Assembly (NCBI GenBank): GCA_041573795.1
Contig: JBFFQB010000004.1
Coordinates: 1-58,263, forward strand
From: Anaerolineales bacterium
GTDB lineage: Bacteria; Chloroflexota; Anaerolineae; Anaerolineales; E44-bin32
Reading direction: 5' to 3'
Length of the DNA: 58,263 nt
Shown here: positions 38,723 through 47,357 of the stretch, in pieces
Numbering within the stretch: the first letter of the stretch is position 1
Layout: each line of letters begins with the position of its first letter
The notes under the pieces: model-generated
Seen by the model: only the letters and a program-made list of their open reading frames with translations
The model's database searches: none
Told to the model about the DNA's origin: nothing
Position numbers and translations under genes: made by a program

Positions 38723-39766
38723 TCATTCGCGTAGGCTGAGTGCGGTAGCGTTGAGCGTATCGATAACCTGGTCAGCGATCTCGACACTGGTAGATCCCAA
38801 TCCGCAGCTTGCGCTGAGTAGACTGATCGGATCAAGGGTTGTGGGCAACTCGATGCCGCGTTGCGCAGCCCGTTGGAGAATCCCTTCGATCCCATCCCGC
38901 AGGGATGTGGCCAGCTGGGCAGCGCTGGTGGTATTTATCGTCTCGTTGTTTGGGACCATCCCCCAGGCTATTCGCCCGCCGCGTGCAAAAAAAGCGCTCA
39001 GTTCTTCCGGATAGAGTGCCAGATTATGGAGATAACCTTGCGCATCGAGACTGAGGATATCGACTTGGGTCGCGAGCAGTACAGACCAATCGGTATTGGC
39101 GCAGCAGTGGACTGCGGCCAGGGCGTTTTCATCGTGGATAGCCTGAAAGACTTCATCCAGCATCTGAAGTACCTGCTCGCGACTCAGGCTGATGAAAGCC
39201 GAACCGAACGATGCCATATAGGGCTCGTCGACGAAGAGCATTACATTGGGACGCAGTGTCTTAAGCGCAGAAATCTGCCAGCGAGCGGTCATAACGGTAT
39301 TTTTTAGAATGACATCGGCAAGATGCTCGTGGTAGAGGCTGGCACGCAGATCCTGATCGGTAACCGTCAAGCCGAAGCTGATCGGCCCCGTGACCTGGCC
39401 CTTGATCCAGCCTTCATGCGAGGCGTCTAATTGCTGTTTAAGTGCATAAAAACCACTGGCATAACTCTCGGGCAGAGCAAAGAATTCAAGATCATCGGAT
39501 AGCACCCTTTCATAGAAAGGCGTGATGGCCGCGGTCAGATCTCCCTCAGTGTTGAAGTTTATTTTCTCCTTGCTCTCATCGAGGATAAGTGCGGGAAGGG
39601 AGGCGCTAAACTGAGTGTACATATTCTCGAGGAAGGTCTTGCGTGGTAGTTGAGGCCAGGACGGGATGTCGAGGCTGTCGTTGAGCCGAGCGGTTATCTC
39701 CTGTGCTTCAAGGTGCGGGACGCTGCCGATATTGACTGTGGCAAAAGGGGGAAGTTGCTTGAGCAT
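38723..39766 (-). CDS. Short 'core' MetE-like methionine synthase (MesB-like)
   Basis: IGSVPH, WPQLP, KGQVTGPISF, DEP, HCC, WGMVP, SCGLG; single barrel of 347 aa with no folate-binding N-terminal half. Confidence 0.8.
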   Translation of the reverse strand: MLKQLPPFATVNIGSVPHLEAQEITARLNDSLDIPSWPQLPRKTFLENMYTQFSASLPALILDESKEKINFNTEGDLTAAITPFYERVLSDDLEFFALPESYASGFYALKQQLDASHEGWIKGQVTGPISFGLTVTDQDLRASLYHEHLADVILKNTVMTARWQISALKTLRPNVMLFVDEPYMASFGSAFISLSREQVLQMLDEVFQAIHDENALAAVHCCANTDWSVLLATQVDILSLDAQGYLHNLALYPEELSAFFARGGRIAWGMVPNNETINTTSAAQLATSLRDGIEGILQRAAQRGIELPTTLDPISLLSASCGLGSTSVEIADQVIDTLNATALSLRE

Positions 39767-39886
39767 TGAGGACCAACCCTTCTGGAGGCATTCGTGACAA
39801 TAGACCGTGGATGGTTATATTGTAACCACTCTACGTGATTTGCCTACCACCTCTTATGGCAGCGCATGGATCTGAAGATTGTGGGC

Positions 39887-39929
39887 TTGACAAAGAAGCA
39901 CACCTATAATATTCTATATATAGAATATT
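39887..39929 (+). promoter_or_regulatory. Promoter with an overlapping 22-bp palindromic operator
   Basis: TTGACA-N17-TATTCT; perfect palindrome AATATTCTATATATAGAATATT at 39908-39929. Confidence 0.75.
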
Positions 39930-39947
39930 CTTTAGTTAGGATAATGT

Positions 39948-40481
39948 ATGACAAATGCTGAGCTGGCGGTACTCTCCCTGATCTTAGAGCAGCCACGACA
40001 TGGCTATGATATCGAGACGCAGATCGAAGAACGGAACATGCGTGATTGGACTGATATTGGCTTCTCCTCGATCTACGCGGTCTTAAAGAAGCTTGAAAAG
40101 AAGGGTTGGATCCAAGCGGAGGCTGGCCTGAGCGTTGGTCAGGGCGCACCCCGCAAAGTGTTTGGGATAACAGAAACCGGTCGACAAGCTCAAACCGCCG
40201 CAGTCGTTGAGGCCCTGTCGACTCCCGGGCGACCGAACTCGTCATTGCTCCTGGGTCTGGCAAACATCCCGCTCGTTACAAGGGATCAGGCTGTGGAGGC
40301 GCTACGCCAATACAGTGCCGCGCAGGAGGCCAGGTTGGGAGAATTGCTCACGCGCGCCGAAGCGCAGCGGCCACTACCTGACTTCGTGGAAGCGATGTTC
40401 GATTACAGCACGGCGATGATCGCAACAGAATTGGCCTGGCTAGGCAACTACATTCAATCATTGGAGAACCAAGATGGATAA
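39948..40481 (+). CDS. PadR family transcriptional regulator
   Basis: PRHGYDI, SSIYAVLKKLEKKGWI, RKVFGITETGR. Confidence 0.92.
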   Translation: MTNAELAVLSLILEQPRHGYDIETQIEERNMRDWTDIGFSSIYAVLKKLEKKGWIQAEAGLSVGQGAPRKVFGITETGRQAQTAAVVEALSTPGRPNSSLLLGLANIPLVTRDQAVEALRQYSAAQEARLGELLTRAEAQRPLPDFVEAMFDYSTAMIATELAWLGNYIQSLENQDG

Positions 40482-41094
40482 AGTCGATTTCAAAAAAACG
40501 TTGAAGCATCTATACAATGCCCCCAAAAAAGATTTTGTCATCGTTGAAGTTCCAAGAATGAACTTTCTGATGGTGGATGGTCAGGGCGATCCAAATACAT
40601 CCGTCGCCTACCAGGAGGCACTTGAAACGTTGTATGCAGTTGCCTATGCCGTTAAGTTCTCAAGTAAGCAGGAATTGGAACGTGATTACACCGTTCCTCC
40701 CCTGGAAGGACTCTGGTGGGCTGAGGATATGCAAACATTCACAATGACAGATGTGAAGGATGAGTGGTTCTGGACGATGATGATTATGCAACCTGAGTGG
40801 ATCGAAGAAGGGATTATCGACGCGGCCCGCACCCATGCTGCTTCAAAGAAAGACCTACCGGCGCTTGAAGCCTTACGTTTCGAAACGTATGATGAAGGGC
40901 TTTCCGTTCAGATTATGCACATAGGATCCTATGACGACGAAGCCCCAACGATTGAACGACTGCACAAGCAATTCCTGCCCGCAAACAATCTAACCGAAAA
41001 TGGCAAGCATCACGAGATCTACCTGAGTGATCCAAGGCGGGTGGCTACTGAGAAGTTGAAGACAATCCTACGTCAACCAGTGCGGCGGCTTTAG
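40474..41094 (+). CDS. GyrI-like small-molecule-binding protein
   Basis: DGQGDPN, PLEGLWW, HIGSYDDE, HHEIYLSDPR, KTILRQP. Confidence 0.9.
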   Translation: MDKVDFKKTLKHLYNAPKKDFVIVEVPRMNFLMVDGQGDPNTSVAYQEALETLYAVAYAVKFSSKQELERDYTVPPLEGLWWAEDMQTFTMTDVKDEWFWTMMIMQPEWIEEGIIDAARTHAASKKDLPALEALRFETYDEGLSVQIMHIGSYDDEAPTIERLHKQFLPANNLTENGKHHEIYLSDPRRVATEKLKTILRQPVRRL

Positions 41095-41191
41095 GCTGAA
41101 TAGGGAGAACTTGGGATATAAGGTATATCCTCTTCGGGGGGTTGTTTTTATCATACGCTGGTAGAAGGGCAGCGCTAGCAAGAGCGTCAGC

Positions 41192-41372
41192 GCAGAGGTT
41201 GTGAGAGCGGCCCTGATCGAAGGCCAACGCCCGAAAGCTCCTGAGATCGGTCCCCCGACGATTTATCCGAGAGCATCCATCTGACAAGTATCTCAGCTTC
41301 GGATACGTGGACCGACAAGCATGCCGTAGGGATTGCGCTGCTTATGTTCGGGATACACGAACCTACCTCTGC
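41192..41372. ncRNA. Putative ~180-nt rod-shaped structured RNA (6S-like?)
   Basis: Nested pairings GCAGAGGT/ACCTCTGC, CCCGAA/TTCGGG, TCGGTCC/GGACCGA, TATCCGA/TCGGATA; intergenic; family not confirmed. Confidence 0.45.
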
Positions 41373-41384
41373 TACAATACCGGC

Positions 41385-42206
41385 GTGGGCAAGCTGTATC
41401 TCGTAGCCACGCCAATCGGCAATCTGGAAGATATCACCCTGAGGGCGAAAAGAATCCTTGGGGAGGTCGACTTGATCGCGGCCGAAGATACGCGCCACTC
41501 ACGCCGATTGTTGTCGCATTATGACATCCACACTCCCCTTACGAGCTACCATGATCACAGCAAACCGGGGAAGCGAAAGCAAATCCTGGCGGCACTTGAA
41601 CGCGGTGATGTAGCCCTGATCTCCGATGCGGGTACCCCAGGCCTGAACGATCCCGGATTCGCGCTTATTCGTGAAGCCTTAGAAGCCGGTCACACGGTTT
41701 CGCCGATCCCTGGACCCTCTGCACCTATCGCTGCCCTGACCGCCTCCGGATTACCTACCGACGCCTTCATCTTCTTTGGGTATATTCCCCGCAAGCGGAA
41801 CGAGCGAGCAGCTTTGTTCCAATCGCTCAAGCTGGAAAACCGCACTGCGATCGGGTTTGAGGTGCCCAACCGCATCCTGACAAGCATGCAGGAACTCTTG
41901 CATGTTGTTGGAAGTGATCGCCCACTGGTATTGTGCCGCGAGCTCACTAAAATGCACGAAGAGATCATGCGCGGCTCGTTGGAGGAACTCGTGCGGCGCG
42001 TGCGTGATGAGGGAGCCCGGGGTGAATACACCCTGATCCTCGGCGGGGTAGAAGATATTGCCCGCTGGACCGAAGATGAAGTTCGCCATGCCCTGGCGCG
42101 TGAGCTCGATAAGGGTGCCTCACGGAGCGAAGCGGCCAAGTCAATCGCATCGCTCTCAGGATGGTCACGCAATAAAATTTACAACATCAGTTTGGAGGAT
42201 GAATGA
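41385..42206 (+). CDS. rsmI: 16S rRNA (cytidine1402-2'-O)-methyltransferase
   Basis: LYLVATPIGNLEDIT, AEDTR, SDAGTPG, RELTKMHEE; leaderless GTG. Confidence 0.96.
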   Translation: MGKLYLVATPIGNLEDITLRAKRILGEVDLIAAEDTRHSRRLLSHYDIHTPLTSYHDHSKPGKRKQILAALERGDVALISDAGTPGLNDPGFALIREALEAGHTVSPIPGPSAPIAALTASGLPTDAFIFFGYIPRKRNERAALFQSLKLENRTAIGFEVPNRILTSMQELLHVVGSDRPLVLCRELTKMHEEIMRGSLEELVRRVRDEGARGEYTLILGGVEDIARWTEDEVRHALARELDKGASRSEAAKSIASLSGWSRNKIYNISLEDE

Positions 42207-43258
42207 ATCTCGATGACACAAGGCGTTTTGGCGAGTTAGATCCGGGTGGCATGTTGGATGCGATTGACAGTTTGCCGGATCAACTCGAAACAGCCTGGGA
42301 GGTAGGGAGCCGTTTCCCGCTGGGCGAGATCGCAAGGGTAAGGCAAGTGATCCTGGCCGGCATGGGTGGTTCTGCGATCGGAGCCGACCTGCTCGCATCC
42401 TATGCTATGCCGATGGCAACGGTACCGGTGATCGTTTGGCGCAATTATGATATTCCCGCCTTTGCGGCCGGTAATGGCACGCTCGTGGTGGTTTCGTCCC
42501 ATTCGGGCAATACCGAGGAAAGCCTCTCGGCTTTAGCCAGTGCGCGTGAATGCGGAGCACAAACACTGGCAATCACCACTGGGGGTAAGCTTGCGCAGGC
42601 AGCTCTCGATATGGGTGCTCCAGTATGGCAATTTGAACATGCGGGGCAACCGCGCGCAGCTGTTGGATATAGCTTTGGTTTACTCTTAGCGCTCTTCACA
42701 CGGCTGGGTTTAATCCCCGACCCAGAGGATGAATTTGAGGGAACGCTGGCCACCCTGCGTGACCAGCAGGCGCAAATTCGCGCCGATGTACCTGTGGTCA
42801 AGAATCAAGCCAAGCGCATTGCTGGTCAGTTCATTGAAAGATGGCCAATGATCCTGGGATCCGACTTTTTAGAGCCTGTTGCCAGGCGCTGGCGAACGCA
42901 GATCGCTGAACTGGCCAAGGCCGTTGCGCAATTTGAAGCCTTACCTGAGGCGGACCACAATATGGTCGCAGGCGTACTGCATCCGGAAGCACTCTTTAGT
43001 AGCACCATGGTGATCTTCCTGCGTGGCAGCATGGTTCACCCACGCAATCTGCTACGCATCGATGCAACCCGGCAAGTCTTGATGGTTGAAGGTTTCAATA
43101 CAGATGTGATCGAAGCTGTCGGCGAAACCTGCATGGCCCAACAATGGAGTATGCTCCACTATGGTGACTATGCGGCTTATTATCTGGCGATGGCTTATGG
43201 AGTTGACCCCACACCGGTTGATGCGATTGAGGCGCTTAAGCGTCACTTGTTGAAGTAG
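42203..43258 (+). CDS. Bifunctional phosphoglucose/phosphomannose isomerase
   Basis: GMGGSAIG, SHSGNTEE, QPRAA, E..K, PEADHN, VDPTPV. Confidence 0.92.
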   Translation: MNLDDTRRFGELDPGGMLDAIDSLPDQLETAWEVGSRFPLGEIARVRQVILAGMGGSAIGADLLASYAMPMATVPVIVWRNYDIPAFAAGNGTLVVVSSHSGNTEESLSALASARECGAQTLAITTGGKLAQAALDMGAPVWQFEHAGQPRAAVGYSFGLLLALFTRLGLIPDPEDEFEGTLATLRDQQAQIRADVPVVKNQAKRIAGQFIERWPMILGSDFLEPVARRWRTQIAELAKAVAQFEALPEADHNMVAGVLHPEALFSSTMVIFLRGSMVHPRNLLRIDATRQVLMVEGFNTDVIEAVGETCMAQQWSMLHYGDYAAYYLAMAYGVDPTPVDAIEALKRHLLK

Positions 43259-43331
43259 GCCAAAGTATTGGACATGTGCGATAGCGCGTGTTTGTCACCT
43301 TGCAGAGTGCGGTGAGTGTAGACATAAGACC

Positions 43332-44759
43332 ATGAAACCGAGCCGACGTCGCCCCCCCAGCGTTCTCGTCATAGGTGCCGGGATCCTCATCGGGGTCGCA
43401 TTGATAATCACAATCAATGCGCCGCGAGTGGTGGAATTCAGTCCTTCGGATTCCGAGGGAAGCGTCTCGTCCTTAAGTAGACTGCGCTTGCGATTCAATC
43501 GGCCGATGATGGACCTCAGCGTCGAAGCACGCATTCAGATCGATCCAGTGTTGCCGGGCAGGTTTTACTGGGAAGAGGAGACATTGATTTTTGAGCCAGA
43601 CATACCCTGGCCAGCCGATAGTACTGTGACCGTGAGGTTGTTGGCTGGATCGCAGGGGACCAACCGTGTCCCGATGCTAAGGCAGCGACGATGGTCGTTT
43701 AGAGTGGGACTACCCCGTCTAATTTATCTGTGGCCAGGCAATGGTAAAAGCGACCTTTATCAGTTGGCACTGCAGCCAGGTAGCGAGCCGGTCCAAATAA
43801 CTGAGAGTGAGGCGGGCGTCACGGATTACACCACCAGCACAGATGGCGCTCTGGTAATCTACAGCGCACATCTTGAGGGCGGCGGGGCGGAATTGCGCGC
43901 CTTTGACATGATCGCCCGCGAAGACCGAATATTGCTATCGTGCGAAGCTGAATCCCTGTGCAGCGCACCCGCCATCTCGCCTGATGGAGAGTGGCTGGCA
44001 TTCGAGCGGGCAGAATTTACAATGGGGGAAGCGGGGCGGATGCTGCTATCCCAGACGCGCGTATGGCTTCTATCCCTCTTGAACGAGACGCAGCCCTTTC
44101 CTGTCAGCCCCTCTGAACATACGGCGAACACCCCAAATTGGTCGCCAACGGGTTGGTTGGTTTATTTCGACGATGACCTGAAGGCGTTAGCCCTTGTGAA
44201 TCCTGGGGAGGAGCAAGAAATCACGCCGATTAATTATCTTCCAACAGGCTTGGGTATCGTGGGAAGTTGGTCTCCCGATGGCACTCGACTAGTATATCCC
44301 GACATCATCTTCCCGGAGGAAGACCAATCCGCGGGAGAAGGTTCACCAGATGCAAGTAGCCCACTCTACTACAGCCATCTTTATGTCGTCGATGTAACCA
44401 GTGGTCGTACAGTTGATATTTCACCGGGCGATTGGATGGTTGAAGATGCTTCACCAAGCTTCAGCCCGGATGGGGAATGGGTGGCTTTCACGCGTAAGTT
44501 TCTTGATCCCGGGCGCTGGTCACCCGGACGCCAAGTATGGTTGATGAATAGTGAGCGAACGGAGACCCAAGCGATGACCAGTGAGCCCGGGGCGACCTTT
44601 TCCTCCCTGGCTTGGAGTCCTGATTCAGAGCATCTGGCTTTTATGCGTAAATATCTCGCCGATCTCGCTCAGCCTGCGGAAATCTGGATTGTGGATGTGA
44701 TCAGCGGTGAGAGCAAGAAGGTTGTGGAAGATGCTTTCTTGCCAGGCTGGCTGCCGTGA
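43332..44759 (+). CDS. Membrane-anchored Ig-like (Big_5) plus PD40/TolB-like beta-propeller protein
   Basis: TM anchor; FNRPM Ig-like domain; repeated SPDG/WSPD motifs. Confidence 0.82.
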   Translation: MKPSRRRPPSVLVIGAGILIGVALIITINAPRVVEFSPSDSEGSVSSLSRLRLRFNRPMMDLSVEARIQIDPVLPGRFYWEEETLIFEPDIPWPADSTVTVRLLAGSQGTNRVPMLRQRRWSFRVGLPRLIYLWPGNGKSDLYQLALQPGSEPVQITESEAGVTDYTTSTDGALVIYSAHLEGGGAELRAFDMIAREDRILLSCEAESLCSAPAISPDGEWLAFERAEFTMGEAGRMLLSQTRVWLLSLLNETQPFPVSPSEHTANTPNWSPTGWLVYFDDDLKALALVNPGEEQEITPINYLPTGLGIVGSWSPDGTRLVYPDIIFPEEDQSAGEGSPDASSPLYYSHLYVVDVTSGRTVDISPGDWMVEDASPSFSPDGEWVAFTRKFLDPGRWSPGRQVWLMNSERTETQAMTSEPGATFSSLAWSPDSEHLAFMRKYLADLAQPAEIWIVDVISGESKKVVEDAFLPGWLP

Positions 44760-45274
44760 TTGCGCTGGGTAAGAGTATTCCTGATTTTCAGCTAAAGGAT
44801 ATCCGGGGCAAGACCCATGGCCCAAAAGACGCTTTAGGAACAATCCTTGTGCTTGTCTTCTGGTCAGCTGAATGCCCTTGGTCGTTGAGAGCAGATGAGC
44901 TCATAGATACTTGGCGCAAGGAATGGGGAGGGGATGTCGATGTTTGGATGATCGCATCCAATGCAAACGAGGGGGAGCAGCAGGTGGCAACGGTCGCCAG
45001 TGAGCGCGAGCTGGAGATGGTACTTTTCGATCCCGATCACAAGCTTGCAGATCTGCTTGGGGCCGTAACGACACCACACTGCTATGTTATCGACCGGGAG
45101 GGAAAGTTACGCTACCGTGGTGGTCTGGATGACATCAACTTTCGACAGAGAGAGGCAACAAGGTTCTACCTCAAGGATGCAGTCGCTTCCGTGCTCTCGG
45201 AAGAGCCAGTTGAAGTCCCTGATACGCCGGGCTATGGTTGCACGATCGTGCGCATGGGATTGACCTCCATCTGA
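44756..45274 (+). CDS. Redoxin / thioredoxin-like protein
   Basis: PDFQLKD, WSAECP, GAVTTP, YRGGLDD, YGCTI. Confidence 0.88.
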   Translation: MIALGKSIPDFQLKDIRGKTHGPKDALGTILVLVFWSAECPWSLRADELIDTWRKEWGGDVDVWMIASNANEGEQQVATVASERELEMVLFDPDHKLADLLGAVTTPHCYVIDREGKLRYRGGLDDINFRQREATRFYLKDAVASVLSEEPVEVPDTPGYGCTIVRMGLTSI

Positions 45275-45328
45275 CCCCTGTTTCCCCTCCCTTCAACATG
45301 CCTGAAATTGCCAATAGGAGAGTCAACC

Positions 45329-45994
45329 ATGCCAGAACCAACCTTTTTGGACCTGGTCGCGGAAAATGGACAGCCTCTAAGACATAAATACATGCAGCAG
45401 GAAGGAGAACCGAAGGGTCTGGTTGTATCCTTACCTGGGGATAATTACGGTGTGGACGGTCCTCTGTTGTACTATCCCAGCCAGGGGCTTTGGAGCTTGG
45501 GTTGGGATACGGCGGCGATCACCTACGGTTATCAATCCGCCGGGGAACCATTTTCTCCTCTAACGATAGCGGATGTACTCGCTGAATGTGAGCGTGCGCT
45601 TCAAACCCTATTGACAACCAGAGCCTATTCCCGCCTGGTGCTCATGGGAAAATCACTTGGCGCAGTCTTGGTTGGCCTGCTCTGCCAACAAATGACCCTG
45701 CCTTCCCCGACCCATGCCGTGTACCTTACACCCCCGCTCGGAGCCATGTTCAACCCTATCTTCCTGGAAACTACGCAGAGGGCTTGCGTAGCATTGGGAA
45801 CTGCTGATCGCTTCTTTGAAGCGAGTGTGCTGGAGCAGATTCAGGGAGAAAAAGCGTTTACATTGATCCAGGTCGATGGGGCCGATCATAGCATGAATAT
45901 CGCCGGCAACCTGGAAGCAACTTTGAATGCCTTAGGGAATGTTGTCGAGGGGGTCGTTACTTTCGTGACAATGGGAGATGAGGATCTAACCTGA
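45329..45994 (+). CDS. Alpha/beta hydrolase
   Basis: GKSLG nucleophile elbow, GTAD, GADHS. Confidence 0.85.
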   Translation: MPEPTFLDLVAENGQPLRHKYMQQEGEPKGLVVSLPGDNYGVDGPLLYYPSQGLWSLGWDTAAITYGYQSAGEPFSPLTIADVLAECERALQTLLTTRAYSRLVLMGKSLGAVLVGLLCQQMTLPSPTHAVYLTPPLGAMFNPIFLETTQRACVALGTADRFFEASVLEQIQGEKAFTLIQVDGADHSMNIAGNLEATLNALGNVVEGVVTFVTMGDEDLT

Positions 45995-46007
45995 AATAAA
46001 CTACAGC

Positions 46008-46481
46008 CTATTCGCCCGCCTCGAGTAAATTTGCAAATTCAACCTCGATCACGCGTAACAGATCTTTTCTCTTCAGGATAATCCCGGCATTTCTTATCCC
46101 GGCGCCGATGGATAGAATTTCATGCTCTTTCAACCCGTGATCCGCAAGGATGCGAAGGTTTTGTTTGAGCCCGATTGGTGATACCGCACCCGGAGAATAA
46201 CCTGTAACAGCTTGGACCTCATCACCATCTGCTGTGGTGAGCCTTCGCACACCTACAGCTTTCCGCAATCTGGACCAGCTAACCTTACCTGGACCGGCAA
46301 TCAGCACGAGGATGTACTGCTGATCTTCAAGCCGGAAGAGCAAGGAGCGGACAATTTGCCCATGCTTTAAACCACGTTCGGCTGCCGCCTGTTCCAGGGA
46401 GAGTAAAGGTCGATCATGAATATGCAGGGTATGCGCTATGCCCATCTCGGAGAGCTTGCGAGTAACTGGGGTATCTGTCAT
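46008..46481 (-). CDS. YbaK/EbsC family protein (second paralog)
   Basis: SLEQAAAERG, IVRSLLF, GAVSPIG, SIGAG. Confidence 0.9.
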   Translation of the reverse strand: MTDTPVTRKLSEMGIAHTLHIHDRPLLSLEQAAAERGLKHGQIVRSLLFRLEDQQYILVLIAGPGKVSWSRLRKAVGVRRLTTADGDEVQAVTGYSPGAVSPIGLKQNLRILADHGLKEHEILSIGAGIRNAGIILKRKDLLRVIEVEFANLLEAGE

Positions 46482-46732
46482 TATGCCCGGGATTCTACCG
46501 CGTGCTTTTTGATATCATGTTTTGGTTAAAATAGGGCTGAATAGCAGCGAGTGTAAACTGGCACAACGCCATTATCTACTCCGTGATTCGGGTTGGATTA
46601 CCACCTGTCTCCGCTCATAATAAGCCTTGAGAGGCAATGGCGTTATCCGGGGCCTTTCCATAATGCAGAACGTGTCAGGCCGACACAAGCAGTAGACGAG
46701 CGATCTGAACTGGTAGGATTTATCGCTAAATG

Positions 46733-46774
46733 CATCTCGGGTTATACGTGGAGATGATTGGCCATTCAGATGGC
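46733..46774 (+). promoter_or_regulatory. Candidate Na+-sensing (DUF1646-type) riboswitch
   Basis: CATCTC-GGGTTATACGTG-GAGATG hairpin, ATTG, then GCCAT/ATGGC hairpin; in the leader of an nhaA operon; the match to the family is from memory only. Confidence 0.5.
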
Positions 46775-46826
46775 GTAAATAGAGAGCCATAACAGTCAGC
46801 GAGACTCATTATTGCAGGGGACGTCG

Positions 46827-47357
46827 ATGCGGTGGATCAAAGCGCTATTGAAGAAATTTCGAACAGCAGTTCCAACAGGAAAAATTAAGTTAGAAAGTCC
46901 GGCGCCAGAATTCTCACTCCCAAGCACAACAGGTGGGGAGATTCGCTTGCAATCCTTGCGTGGGCGACCGGTCGTCCTTGCTTTCTATCCGGCGGATTGG
47001 AGCCCGGTGTGTGGTGATCAAATGGTGCTTTACAATGAAGTGCTGGATCTATTTGCTGAATACGATGCACAGATCATGGGCATTTCTGTGGATGGCATCC
47101 ATAGCCATAAAGCATTTGCGGAGGCTAAAAAACTGCGCTTCCCCCTGCTTTCTGATTTCGAACCGAAGGGCGAGGTTGCGCAACGCTATGGAGTCTATCA
47201 AGAGCGACGTGGCACAAGCAAGCGGGCATTGTTTGTCCTGGATGAAGCAGGTCGTGTGTTCTGGAGTCATATCTCACCAGGTGATGTGAACCCTGGCGCC
47301 AATGGGATTCTGGACGCGCTCCGGAGATTAAAGCAGGATCGGGAGGATGAATCATGA
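46827..47357 (+). CDS. Peroxiredoxin (AhpC/TSA, AhpE-like, single Cys)
   Basis: FYPADWSPVC, GISVD, FPLLSDFEPKGEVA, RALF. Confidence 0.9.
   Translation: MRWIKALLKKFRTAVPTGKIKLESPAPEFSLPSTTGGEIRLQSLRGRPVVLAFYPADWSPVCGDQMVLYNEVLDLFAEYDAQIMGISVDGIHSHKAFAEAKKLRFPLLSDFEPKGEVAQRYGVYQERRGTSKRALFVLDEAGRVFWSHISPGDVNPGANGILDALRRLKQDREDES

Noticed and set aside
41210-41240. Hammerhead-like CTGATCGA...CGAAA
   Set aside because: Extra nucleotide in the core, no stem I and no NUH cleavage triplet
46633-46670. Fluoride riboswitch-like GGCAATGGCGTT
   Set aside because: No closing GCC of P1 and no downstream CTGATGAC/CTAATGAC pseudoknot partner
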